64,000 nucleotides of DNA, from NCBI RefSeq assembly GCF_963676685.1, contig NC_092352.1:85622001-85686000 (forward strand), given 5' to 3'. Positions within the stretch are counted from its first letter, which is position 1. Each line of letters opens with the position of its first letter. Source of the DNA: Mytilus edulis (Eukaryota). Positions 40,801 through 52,303 of this stretch are shown here, piece after piece. Both the position numbers and the translations under genes were made by a program. A model generated the notes under the pieces. That model ran no database searches. It worked only from the letters and a program-made list of their open reading frames with translations, and was not told the origin of the DNA.

Positions 40801-41824
40801 CATTTGATCATCGTCACCCAAAAGAGAGTTCCAATCATGGCGTAGGTTAAACTCTTTGTTTGTACTTCCTGTGTGTCTTTTGTTGATGCTTATTAGTTTC
40901 CGGTGCCGTGGGTATTTCTCAAAGAAACTTCCTAAAAGATCAATGAAGACCAATAGTTACGTTAAAAACGAAAGTGAAATAAGAAAAAAACATGCGCTTA
41001 AAGCATTGCAAACAGTGTAAAATTTTGAAGTAATTTTTTAACTAATTATATAGAACGGATGTTCGTTTGTTAAGATAGAGCGGGCATTGCTGTTAATTTT
41101 GTTAATAAAATAGCTATAGCCAAAGCTCATTATTGAGACATCATTCTTTCATTTTGTGCTGTTTGATATTTAAAGCGATTATATATACAACAAGCAATGA
41201 CCTGACTATTAGCCAAAAATATTACAAAGACCATTCGAGCAACGTTTCCGCAGCCAATAGAATACATAAAAGAGTGAATAATATGGTAAGTTGAGACACG
41301 GAAACGTTGTTGTAACAATGCTCAAAATGTTTTAATAATTATTTTATGTTTAGATATAGAAAATGGTAGATTTTAGATTCGGTTCGATGATGTTTCTAAA
41401 TTGTAGTAGATGAATATAACATTTTATAAAAGTGCTTCCGAAGATCTTTTCTGCTATTTCTTTCACCAAGAATACGACAAGATTTAAAAGGATGTGTAGA
41501 TAAGTCCTTGGAGCTACATGACCAAAATGGACCTAGACAGAACAGTTAAATTAATCAAAGGACAACTTTTCCTGAGGGAACTTACATGCATTAAATTAAA
41601 TGTTGGAGAAACGTGCATGATCGCACCCATTAAAATGACACATTGCGTGTTATGTTAATTCACATACCTGCTTGGTTAGACCTTTCAAAGATGATGTAAT
41701 CTCGACCGAGCTTCTGGAGATAGAATCCAATCTGTACCCCACCGGGGCCCGCTCCAATAACACAGTACTTATAACATTGTGCAACAGACATAAGGCATAG
41801 GAAAGGCACTATATATTCTACCAT
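31610..41824 (-). CDS. FOXRED2: FAD-dependent oxidoreductase domain-containing protein 2-like (copy A, full gene, 10 coding exons, 584 aa)
   Basis: Exons 41824-41668, 40931-40748, 40215-40087, 39146-39016, 38046-37926, 35492-35256, 34702-34548, 33877-33712, 33256-33021, 31848-31610 sum to 1755 nt. All are GT-AG with matching phases. Product has a signal-peptide-like N-terminus, GAGPGG FAD motif, second dinucleotide motif [10 protein letters not shown], and FOXRED2-family motifs [57 protein letters not shown]. Confidence 0.92.
33021..33256 (-). CDS. FOXRED2: FOXRED2-like coding exon 9 (copy A)
   Basis: TTACAG|T..A|GTAAGT; FEYFEEFP...[20 protein letters not shown]...[15 protein letters not shown]. 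Confidence 0.92.
33712..33877 (-). CDS. FOXRED2: FOXRED2-like coding exon 8 (copy A)
   Basis: TTTCAG|CT..AG|GTAAGC; [18 protein letters not shown]...[23 protein letters not shown]. Confidence 0.92.
33954..34157 (-). mobile_element. Retroposon insertion in intron 7 of copy A, absent from copy B
   Basis: Flanked by gtaa (33950-33953, 34158-34161); copy B shows the empty site gtggtaaccaa at ~23686-23696. Confidence 0.8.
34548..34702 (-). CDS. FOXRED2: FOXRED2-like coding exon 7 (copy A)
   Basis: CACAAG|T..G|GTGACA; [44 protein letters not shown]. Confidence 0.88.
35256..35492 (-). CDS. FOXRED2: FOXRED2-like coding exon 6 (copy A)
   Basis: TTTCAG|G..AA|GTGAGT; [17 protein letters not shown]...[18 protein letters not shown]. 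Confidence 0.92.
37926..38046 (-). CDS. FOXRED2: FOXRED2-like coding exon 5
   Basis: TCAAAG|GT..AG|GTATGT; [41 protein letters not shown]. Confidence 0.92.
39016..39146 (-). CDS. FOXRED2: FOXRED2-like coding exon 4
   Basis: TTACAG|T..G|GTAATT; [43 protein letters not shown]. Confidence 0.9.
40087..40215 (-). CDS. FOXRED2: FOXRED2-like coding exon 3
   Basis: TTTCAG|T..AA|GTACGT; [42 protein letters not shown]; phase 2/2. Confidence 0.85.
40748..40931 (-). CDS. FOXRED2: FOXRED2-like coding exon 2
   Basis: TTTTAG|GA..AG|GTAGAC; [18 protein letters not shown]...[11 protein letters not shown]; lies within ORF 40744..40953. Confidence 0.92.
41668..41824 (-). CDS. FOXRED2: FOXRED2-like coding exon 1 ([52 protein letters not shown])
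   Basis: ATG at 41824-41822; acceptor TTTAAAG 11 nt upstream (exon starts 41835); donor G|GTATGT; contains GxGxxG. Absent from the ORF track. Confidence 0.88.
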
Positions 41825-42980
41825 CACAGAAGATCCTTTAAAAAGACAATCTAGTGTGATGGTATTACTTGTATTATAGTTCGTTTCTGTGTGTGTTACA
41901 ATTTAACGTTGCGTCGTTTGATTTCTCTTATTTTTGAGTGTAAATTGACATTGCAATAAGACGTTTCACGGTACTTGTCTATCCCAAATTCATGTATTTA
42001 GTTTTGATGTTATATTTGTTATTCTCGTGGGCTTTTGTCTGATGCTTGGTCCGTTTCTGTGTGTGTTAGTTACATTGTAGTGTTGTGTCGTTGTTCTCCT
42101 CTTATATTTATGCGTTTCCCTCAGTTTTAGTTTGTTACCCCGATTTTGTTTTTTGTCCATGGATTTATGAGTTTGAACAGCGGTATACTACTGTTGCCTT
42201 TATTTAAAATGAAATATTATAGTTACTATGCATTAACAATGGAGAATACAATATATAAACTATTCATGACGCGCCGCAAATAAAGAAGTAGTTAAAAAAT
42301 GAGATAAGCTTTAGCGCCAATTAGGCATCAACCTAAAGACACAAAAGCAAAACGTAAACTAGAGGTCAATATATGGTCTTTATCAATAAATCAGACTATT
42401 GAAGTTTTGAAATCTTCCCTAATATAGAAAAGTTCAAAATTGTTTCTATATGAGGAAGTGTATGGGGGTTTACAGAATGGAAAAAAATGGGCAAAAAATA
42501 CAAAGAATAGAGAATAATAGTCCTTAAAATAACGAAAAGAGAATATTGATGTGCTACTCTATAAAGAGTAATGAATTATGTGCAAAAAGTAAGAAAATTA
42601 AGAAAGGCGGCATAAAAAATTAAAGAATGCAGAAATCCCAAATCCAGTGAAAGTATGGAACTGTATCTCGGTTAATTGACAATAAAACACAAAACAATTA
42701 TAAAAATAATGTTGTATCAATGACTGATATTAATTAACACCACCGAGAAGCCATGTACGTGGGGTACAAAATGAGACAATATCTTTATGTATGCAATAAA
42801 ACAAGATTAAATGTTAAGTTCTTAAAGAAGATTATTAGAAAATAACATTCATAAAATTTGGATATAACTAAGTCACACTAAAAACATATTTGATCAAAAC
42901 GCATAAATTGCAAGGCTATGAAAACGATAGACAAAAGTGAAGCGAAACATACCAAAGGGTTATTAAAAATCTAAAGTCGA

Positions 42981-43080
42981 AAACTAACTAACAATGTTAT
43001 GGCAAATTAAAAAAAACTAACTAACAATGTTATGACAAATAAAAAAAAACTAACTAACAATGTTATGGCAAACTAAAAAA
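42981..43080. repeat. 33-bp tandem repeat x3
   Basis: ctaactaacaatgttatg at 42984, 43017, 43050. Confidence 0.85.
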
Positions 43081-43415
43081 ACAAACCCGACTATCTAAGT
43101 GTTTAAACACAGACAAAAACGTAAAAAAAAATTACGGAAGAACTTTAAGATAAAATTGGAAATGGAAATTTGGATATGCAAAAGAGACATCAACCCGACC
43201 AAAGAGAAGAAAACAGCCTATTCAACATTTTGAAAAATGTACACAAGCTGTCCCATTAACCTATCACTTTAAACATTACAATATTTTAACAAACCTAGTT
43301 TCACTTTGAATGAAAGCAAACACTTTAATAGCTTATTAGCAGACTGAATTGTAAGAGAAAAAAAGGATGTATACTTCCTTTCATAAAAAAATCTCAATTA
43401 AAGAAATAGACTTAC

Positions 43416-43520
43416 CTTTTTTCAATTGCCTCAAAGTATATACTGTTGTAAACTTTGCAACGAGTTAAGATGAAGTGTATTCCAAATAAACTCGTTGTGT
43501 AATATATATTTCCCCAGTTA
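43416..43520 (-). other. Putative non-coding first (5' UTR) exon of FOXRED2-like gene
   Basis: Consensus donor AAG|GTAAGT (intron starts 43415) upstream of the acceptor-bearing ATG exon. The 5' end is not determinable from sequence. Confidence 0.4.
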
Positions 43521-44288
43521 TCATTTATTATTTAAGTCTGTAGTTCCTATCTCCGTTAATAATTCCCCTTTCCCATTTCGTAACCAGTATCCTATCTCTA
43601 ACCCCCACAAAAGTCATTCCATTTCATTTGCTGTTAATTTCCGTTGATGTGTATTGATCTCCACAGGAAGGAAATTGACAAACAGAAACCCCATTGGAGA
43701 TTTAGCTTATTAAATAAACCATTTTTATGTTTTCTAAAAAGAAAAATAATAATTAGACATTTGTACTGTGTGGAGAAGAGAAGAAATATTTTATTAAAAT
43801 AATTTAATGTTAAAAATACAAAATAACCATAATAATAAATAATAGTTTTAACCAAAGCACTTTTTGAGACGAAGTGCAATGCTATATTGAAAAAAATCAA
43901 GATGTGCTTATCTTGTAAACAATTCAATATTACAATATTCTCTATATCTCAAACTTGTCTCAAGAATATTTTTCTACGGAAGACATGTAATCTACGTAAA
44001 ACAATAAACACCTCGTCTGAGACCAATAATTAGATCAAAAGTGCTAGTAATAAGACATTTATAGAAACCTTTTATGAGGTAATTTGCCACGAAATATTCA
44101 GCTACGACAAAATTATTCAATTACCAAATATTACATGACGAATTTCGTCAAATAATGAAATTGGTACATGAATAATTTAGACATAATACGTAAATTGATT
44201 AATCAATTGAGTATTGTGAAGTATAAAACGTTGTTTGATGTATATATGGTATGTCCTGAGAGGTTGTTTTCATTAGCCCTTTCAATTT

Positions 44289-46649
44289 TAAAAACGAATA
44301 AACTTCATCTTTTTGGTCGCGAATATAGTTGTGGAATAAAAGGCACTCAAAACACAATAAATTAAAATGAGGCAATTCTATTAAAGTCAATATTATGCTC
44401 AGTAGAGATGAGGCCCGAAATCCCAATTTCAACTTTTTAATACTAGCTTTAATCTTGTACCTTGTGCAACTATCAATGATAGTCAAAATCTCTGTCTAGC
44501 AGAAAGGGAAAGGAAAAACAATTCTATTCAACACGAACTCTATGTTGTATTGTACAGTGTATCAATTGTTTACAAAAATGTAAGGTGATCTATGCATGCT
44601 CCTTAGAGTTAATATAATGATATTCAGAACATATAATATATTCATGAGTTAATTGAAATACCTTTTTTATGAGTAATCAAAACAGTTGTAATAATATGTT
44701 TGAATAACAAAATAACAATATAAAAAGAGAAATCGGCCGCAGCGTTCACTCTACTTGGATAGAGAGACAATTCTGGCTAGGTAGAAAAACCCGCCTGAGA
44801 AAAAACTCGTTGTTATACTCTATGGTTTCATATATATATATATATATATAAAAAATATAACAGAGATTACTTTTCCACTGGAGACTTAGGCCCTACAGCC
44901 TCTGCTTTGTGATTTTGAAATGGTATATATACATATTGAAATAGTTCGTCACTATTATCTAATTGTTACGTGCAGACACGATTGCATGGTGGCCCCAGTG
45001 AAATTGAATCTCCATTTGTCAATGTTGTTGCAATCTTATTTAAACCAATACATTTTACATTGATCTGATAAAAAAATGTTTACATTTGCATACAATTTTA
45101 CAGAACTTGCACTTATATACCAAGATTAATAGGTATTAAACACTACTTTTGACAAAGAAGCCTGCTTCTACAGACAAAATTTTATAATTATATTTTTTAA
45201 TTTTTTTTTTTAGTATAGCTACAAGAATATTTATTTTTACTAAAAATGAATATTCAAGGACGCTTACCTATTCATATTTGTCATTTTACGTTAATAATCT
45301 ATATTTTATCAAATATGACACACATCAGGTTAAAGTACAACGAAACGTATAGATTATATATACTAACCCTGATAACAGACACCCCGCAGAAGTATTGCAT
45401 TCATGTTGAAATTGTCCATATGCTCTTTTGCAATAATTATTGTTGGGGGATTTTTTCCTTTTATCAGAGTTTTGTTACTTCGTTATTATTTTATCAAATT
45501 TACATAAACTTATCTTTTTGTAATCGACCTGTAGTTCTCGATCAAGATTCTTGAAATATAACAGAATGTTTACAGAAAGTGGTGCAATGACTGTTATAGA
45601 CTAGAATTAATTTATTGAAAGATTTGTTTCCCCATTTCCAGAAAACAACAACAAAAACTATTGATTACGGACCTTAAACATGAAAAAAGTGCATGAAAAT
45701 CTGAATTTGTTCATCAGGTCTAAGCTTCATCTGATAAATAATACTGCCATTTGAATTTATATTTTGCTTCTAATTATATATTTCAGAGAGGACAAGCTAT
45801 TTAGATAAAAGTGTGTTGCCTATACCTGATAAATTATTTCATTTAGTGGAGGACTTCCATACCAACTGGCATCATAATAAAACACATGTACAGCACTTAA
45901 AAACCTTTCTCGAAAACTGTCTTTCGCAAAGACTAGATTCATTCCAGAATACAGACTGTTAATCATTTGCCCTATCTAGAAGATCTGTTCCAGTGACATG
46001 CTATCACTATTTGAAAAGTGCATAAGAACGATTTCAATAAAAAAAAAAATTCATTTTAAAAATTGTGCGTTATCTATGTCATTATAAGATGAGAAAAACA
46101 TCAGTGATGCTTGTGGTATCTACTCGATTTGCTGCCGATGAAAAACTGATCAAGAAACCAGAATTCGATTTCACAAAAAAACTTACGACTAAGATTAATC
46201 GTAAGTATATTGATTTGTTCATGACTTAAGACCAATCCTAGTTGTAAGTTTTGTTTTGTGAAACCGACCCCTTTCAACTGAGAAGGCCGGTTGTAATGTC
46301 CGCATACACGCGGTTCACCAGTGGAGTTCGAACCAAAATGTTTGAAAAACAAAATTAATAACGAATGTGAAAATCATTAAAAAACAAACAAGTACTCGTA
46401 TTCTATTTATGCCAAATTATGGTAAATGTGGATACGCAATTAATCCCTCGTCTTTGCCCGCCAATGGTAACGATCCAATTTAATCCACAGAGAGGGTGAG
46501 ACTTGATCTTAACACTTGCCTTGCAAAGATGTCTATCATTAGATCAGAAAAATCATTATTGTCTCATATTTATTCAGTACATTCACAAACATCGACTCCA
46601 TAAACAATATGTTATCGTTACAAAAAATGTAAAATCAAAAATACCGAAA
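44289..46649 (+). pseudogene. Inverted duplicate (copy C) of FOXRED2 distal intron 9, exon 10 (45787-46025) and 3' flank, with premature stop
   Basis: Reverse complement of ~30993-32845. Acceptor TTTCAG at 45781-45786 intact; Leu codon TTA changed to TAA at 45960-45962, removing the last 21 residues. Confidence 0.88.
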
Positions 46650-46658
46650 TATATTTCG

Positions 46659-47903
46659 TTTCAAAAGTTTCCAGCGATAATGTAATTTTTAGGTAATACA
46701 CATCGATTATAAATAAAAAGTTTAACTTTCATTGGACGCGAATCCACATGCTGTTAATTTAAGTAAAAAATAACAATCTAATTAAAATATATATCTCTTA
46801 TTTCGTTAATACTCGACGAATAAGAGAGTTTCGATGGATCTAAATTTATAATTAGATAAGGCAGATTATTTTGATGCTGTGAAATAAACTTGATACAAAC
46901 TTATGATATGTTTGTGTTCGTCTATTTGCTCATTAAAACATAATAACAGAAAAACTGCAGTTCTGTTAACTCTAATATTTAGTTGCGTTTGCAGGATTTA
47001 AAACAAGTAGATTTCTTTTAAAGGTTGAATTGGAAACAGTTTCTACTATCGCCGCCCATTTGCGTTTGGTTATCGTGAACCGAAGTAACTTCTTTTTTAA
47101 TATTTTTTGTGATGTTTTATGTTTTATTTTGTTTTCATGTATGCCTTCAACCCCAGATGCATTTTGGTATTATAGTGCATTCTTTTCAATGAATTAACAA
47201 CGAGGGAGAAACTTATTCCAACAGAACAAATGCAGTTTATAACTATAAATATTATTAATAGAAAACCATTTTGAGGGGCGGGAGGACATATTTCGGCACG
47301 TCGTGATTATGTTAAAATTGTGGGAAATCGGGATTTATACACTCGGCTATTAATGAATAATTTTAAGAAGTCCGGGAAAGAATATTTTAATGTGTCGAGA
47401 ACTCGGAATGGCACCCTTCCAACCAGCTCTAAATGGTTGAATATGAAGAAAATGGAAGCATTATAGGGCCAGGGTAAAATCGGAATAATGAAAAAGAAAT
47501 AATATTAGTGTTGTAACTAAAAGTCTCCTTTCTTCGACACGCGCCTGATGATCATGTTTATAAACTAGTCTTGGTAGTTCAATTAATGATATGCGTATAC
47601 TTGTAGAGTCTCAATTTCGAGAGTGTTATCTTGATAAGAGTTGGGAGCAAGTGTCGCAGAACTTATTTCACAGCGTGGCAATTAAAAATAGAATCTGCCT
47701 TATCTAATAACTAATAATAGATTTAGATCCATCGAAACTCTCTTATTCGTCGAGTTATAACGAAATAAGAGATCTAATTTTAGATTGTTATTTTTTACTT
47801 AAATTAACATCATGTAGATTCGTGTCAAATGAAAGTAAAAACTTTTATATAAAATCGATGTGCATTACTTAAAAATTACATTATCTCTGGAAAGCTTTGG
47901 AAA
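46659..47903. mobile_element. Element or fold-back with ~230-240-bp inverted arms
   Basis: 46659-46890 is the diverged reverse complement of 47662-47903 (e.g. ctcgacgaataagagagtttcgatggatctaaat / atttagatccatcgaaactctcttattcgtcgag). Confidence 0.7.
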
Positions 47904-50443
47904 AGACTAAGATCTTTTGAAGCGATTATAGTGTAGGTACTATAGGATCTAACAGCATTGTCGTATGCTTCTGAACATATAACCTTAGTTTACTTTAACA
48001 AATTGCGACTTGGATGGAGAGTTGCTACTTGATGCCATTTTCTGATATCTATTGTCAATTCTTAATAGTGATTTTTTTCTAGTAGTTTTTACATAAGAGT
48101 GACACAAAATTGGAATCTGGAGAATATAGACGAATATTTGACAATCATTGTTTTTTTTGCTAAAACAAAAACTCCATTGACCTCAACCATGTTTTGTTTT
48201 TCAGATTCAAATGAATTCATGAAGTCCTTAAATTAAGTGTCGTTTGTTTTCGCTTAAAATTATAAATGTTCCAAGAAGTCAAATGTATTTACACTATACA
48301 GTTGTATTGAGTAGCATTTGGGTTTTCATTAATCTGCGCTTCTACTTATAACAGTTTCATTTCCTCTTGTCATTTGAAGCAACACATTGATAAAAGCATT
48401 CAAGCGGCTGTCAACGTTTCATTAAGAAAACGTACAAGTTTATAAGTGTTAATAAAGTCTTCCTTACAGATAAAAAAGAACTTATCTGAAACGTTTTGCT
48501 GATTATGATCCCAGTTGAAATATCAGCAGGAAATTGACATTGTCAATTGTCAGTGGTGTTCATTTCCCCGAGGTCACAATCAAAGAGTGTAGATTTCAAC
48601 GTTTGCTAAATTAAATTTCTCTTGGTGTTTTGAAATGTTTTCAAGAAATTACAAAGACAGTTGATTTTAATCAGGAAACTGAAGTTAACTTCAACGGATA
48701 CTTCAGAACTGTCACATAATTTCAATTATTTGTATAACTATCTACAGACTAACATGCATGATGTGTTATTTTAATGTTGATTCTAATTTAATCTGGATCG
48801 TTTGAAAGAAAAGGATTAATACAAGTTTCATTTATCAACAATACTGAACAATAACATAGTAAAGATTTAATTTAAACATATTTATTTATAGTGGAAACAA
48901 GTTTTGCAACTTATATTAATCCCTTTCCAGTAAAGATTTGTCTATCATATTGGAACGATTGAAATTTTTACACGTTAAATGTTCATTAAATTTCTTTATG
49001 TAATTGTACGTAATATGAGGTTTCAACTCTTTCGGTCATTATTGACCTAAGAACAAAATAGAAGAAAAGAAAAGAGTAGAAATTAAAGTTACATATATAA
49101 GATATGTAGAGCTTCTTGTCGACATTAATAACAATAACATAGTTCGCTCTTATGTTGTACTGTTATACCACTGTCCCAGGTTAGGAGGAGGGTTGGGATC
49201 CCGCTAACATGTTTAACCCCGCCACATTATTTATGTATGTGTCTGTCCCATGTCAGGAGCCTGTATTTAAGTGGTTGTCGTTTGTTACATATTTGTTTTT
49301 CGTTCATTTTTTTACATAAATAAGGCCGTTAGTTTTCTCCTTTGAATTGTTTTACAACAACAAATGGAAGTTTTTAACGACCTTGACTGGCTATACAGCC
49401 CTTGCACGGTCGGTTTTACATGGTCTTATCGGGGCCTTTTATAGCTGACTATGCGGTATGGGCTTTGCTCATTGTTGAAGGCCGTACAGTGACCTATAGT
49501 TGTTAATGTCTGTGTCATTTTGGTCTTTTGTGGATAGTTGTCTCATTGGTAATCATACCACATCTTCTTTTTTATAATATTAAAAACATATATGTATTAG
49601 ACACATACATTAGACATACAAAACAATTTAAGACATCTCTATATAAATATTTATTTTATTAAAGTGTCACCATCCATCACAGTATCTATATATATATATA
49701 CACATGAAGTCATAAGAACCTAACCTTTAGTAAAAGGATGTCAGTCGAAAAAGACTTATGAAAGACTAAGTACTTAGGCGTCATTTTTTGTTGGGATGTA
49801 CAAGTACCCAGCCATTTCCACACCTATTTTTTGTTAGATGAATTTCTATTTGTATCCCTCTGATGAGTTTAGTCTTTTTCATCTAATTTTTATTGTTATT
49901 TCTTGTGTTGTAAGGAGGGTTGGGTGCCCTCTAACATGTTTAACTCCGCCACATTCTGTATGTGTCTGTCCCAACTCAGGAGCCTTTAATTCAGTGTTTA
50001 TCGTTTGTTGCAGTGTTACATATTTGTTTTACGTTCATTATTTTGAACATATATTTGGTCGCTGTCTCATTGGTAATCATACTACATTATATTTTCTTTC
50101 TAATATCTAACGAGCTATATTGCATAAGCAAAATGTTCATTAGATGGATTTGAATATAAAAATAAAGTTCATTTGGTTATGTAGCTCTTCAAATGTTTTT
50201 GCATCAAAGATTGCAACACAGAAAGATGTAAGTGATACCAGTTGTACATTTAGTACTCATACGGGTTATAATAAAATTTAACAACCAGTCTTATTTATCT
50301 TAGCTTTATATGATAGGGACGGAAACATGGAATTGTCAAATCTTGATACTCAATTTTCTGCCTTTTTCTTTTTTTTCTCAGCCTATTATAAGCTTATTAC
50401 CTTTAGACCATTAAATATTTTGACCTCACTGAAAGGACATTAA

Positions 50444-50716
50444 GGTGGTACCTAACACTACAGGGAGATAACTCTGTAAAATCATCTAAACGTTTTAATT
50501 AGGTTGCGTTGTTAAGGGAATATTAAGCTTCTCAATGATCAATATTGGTGTTTGTCAAACTGCTATATAACCAGTGTAATTTTTCTGATAAAACGGTTGG
50601 TTCAAAAATTTTTAAATTTTTATATTTTTGTCAAAGGGTCAAAGTAAATACTTTGTCAAAATTTTATGAAAATTAAACGAGCCAAATTAATTTTAGTGAA
50701 AGTGTTGGGTACCATC
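50444..50716. mobile_element. MITE with TTAA target duplication (Kolobok/piggyBac-type target)
   Basis: TTAA-ggtggtacctaacact ... agtgttgggtaccatc-TTAA. Confidence 0.75.
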
Positions 50717-51784
50717 TTAATTGATGAAATTTGCATTTGATGTAATTCTATAGATATTGTGAATGTTATTTTTCAACTAAACATATTAAATATTCTACAA
50801 TTTTATGTTTATGTTTTATTCTTATTTTCTTTTTGGCTTTCTTTTTATATATGTTTTCAAACTTTAATTCTTCTACGTTCTGTTTCATTGCATTAAAATG
50901 ATGGAGTTGTTTCCCTTTGATTTGCTTCTAACTATAATATTTGTAAGTGAACGTCGATTTTGAGTATGTGTTTGTTTCATCATTGGCTTGTTCAAATACA
51001 TATTTCGCTTCCTGCCCAATTCTGTGAAATACTTATATGTTAAAAACCCAAATGATTTTAATTTCAGAAAACTATCTTTGATTTAGTTCTATTATGTTAT
51101 CAGTAACTAAGTGCTCCTTGATAGATTATACAAAATTTTAGACGTACATGAAGATCGTATCTTATGTGTGATGCATATGGTCTCTTGTACAAATTCATAA
51201 GATCAAAAGAATGTGTCATATATTTGGTAAATACTTGAAAATTATACACAAGATGTTGTTTGTTGCTGCTATTTCATAAAACCGATTTCAATACATTAAG
51301 TAGGCAGTAGTTTTTTAGCATTATTATTATGTTCTATTATTATTAGAGGAAAGAGGAGATTGTCTTTTTTTATTTACTTTAACTTTTGCTTCTTACATTA
51401 TATTCGAATTTAAAAAGACAAAGTAATATAAAGTATTTTTCATTTGTTAAAAACTGTGCTCAAAATAGCGTAAAGGGACCCTTTGAAGGCTGTACTATAC
51501 ATAATCAAGCAAATTCAATAAATGACAAGAACTAAATATTAAAATATTGGTAAATCAATAGTGAGAACTACTCTTTTGAACAGCATAGCCTGTCATAGGC
51601 GCAAATTAATGTTTTAAAAAGTCAAACAGATTAAAAGTTTAACAGATGCAAATTATTTCTTTAATAAACGAATGGCAAATTGATAACAACGTTATTTTAT
51701 ACAAAATAATAAAAAACCAAACTAAATATCTAACTTATAGTAGACAATAATGGTTCATTAGAGTTATGAAGTTTGATGGTATAT

Positions 51785-52303
51785 GAAGAACAAAACATTT
51801 GCGAAAGCAAATTTACAAACCTAACATTGTTGGGTTGATGTTTAGACGAGTTGTATTTACGTAATGTACACAGCCATATATCACCATCATTGCTGGTGAT
51901 CTGATGGATAAATCTGTTGTACAGTTGGCACTGACTCAGACGTACTTATAAATATCATTATTTTCTGTGACTGTATCTTGCATTAATTTGTAGGATCCTT
52001 TACTATAGATAATTTAGCTGATCTGTAACAATAACATCTCCATGTCTTATATATCATGTACTGTAGTACGGTACGACGCTAGATTAAAACTGACGAGGAA
52101 AGGTAACACATGGCCACCGAAAGCTTTATTTTTGTGAAGCCCAGGTGGTCGTGTGGTCTAGCGGGACGGCTACAGTGCAGGCGATTTGGTGTCACGATAT
52201 CTCAGTAGCATGGGTTCGAATCCCGGCGAGGGAAGAACAAAAAATTTGCGAAAGCAAATTTACAGATCTAACATTGTTGGGTTGATGTTTAGACGAGTTG
52301 TAT
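51785..52303 (+). mobile_element. tRNA-related repeat with ~72-bp terminal direct repeats; second diverged copy ~3495-3920 (-)
   Basis: Direct repeats 51785-51856 and 52232-52303; Pol III A-box-like tggtcgtgtgg (52146-52156) and B-box gggttcgaatccc (52212-52224). Confidence 0.7.

Noticed and set aside
49855-49890. CTGATGA as a further hammerhead (also 39314-39345)
   Set aside because: No helix II followed by GAAA; core incomplete.
52139-52235. Functional tRNA gene
   Set aside because: A and B boxes are present, but the acceptor stem does not pair, no clear anticodon arm, and it is embedded in a multicopy repeat.
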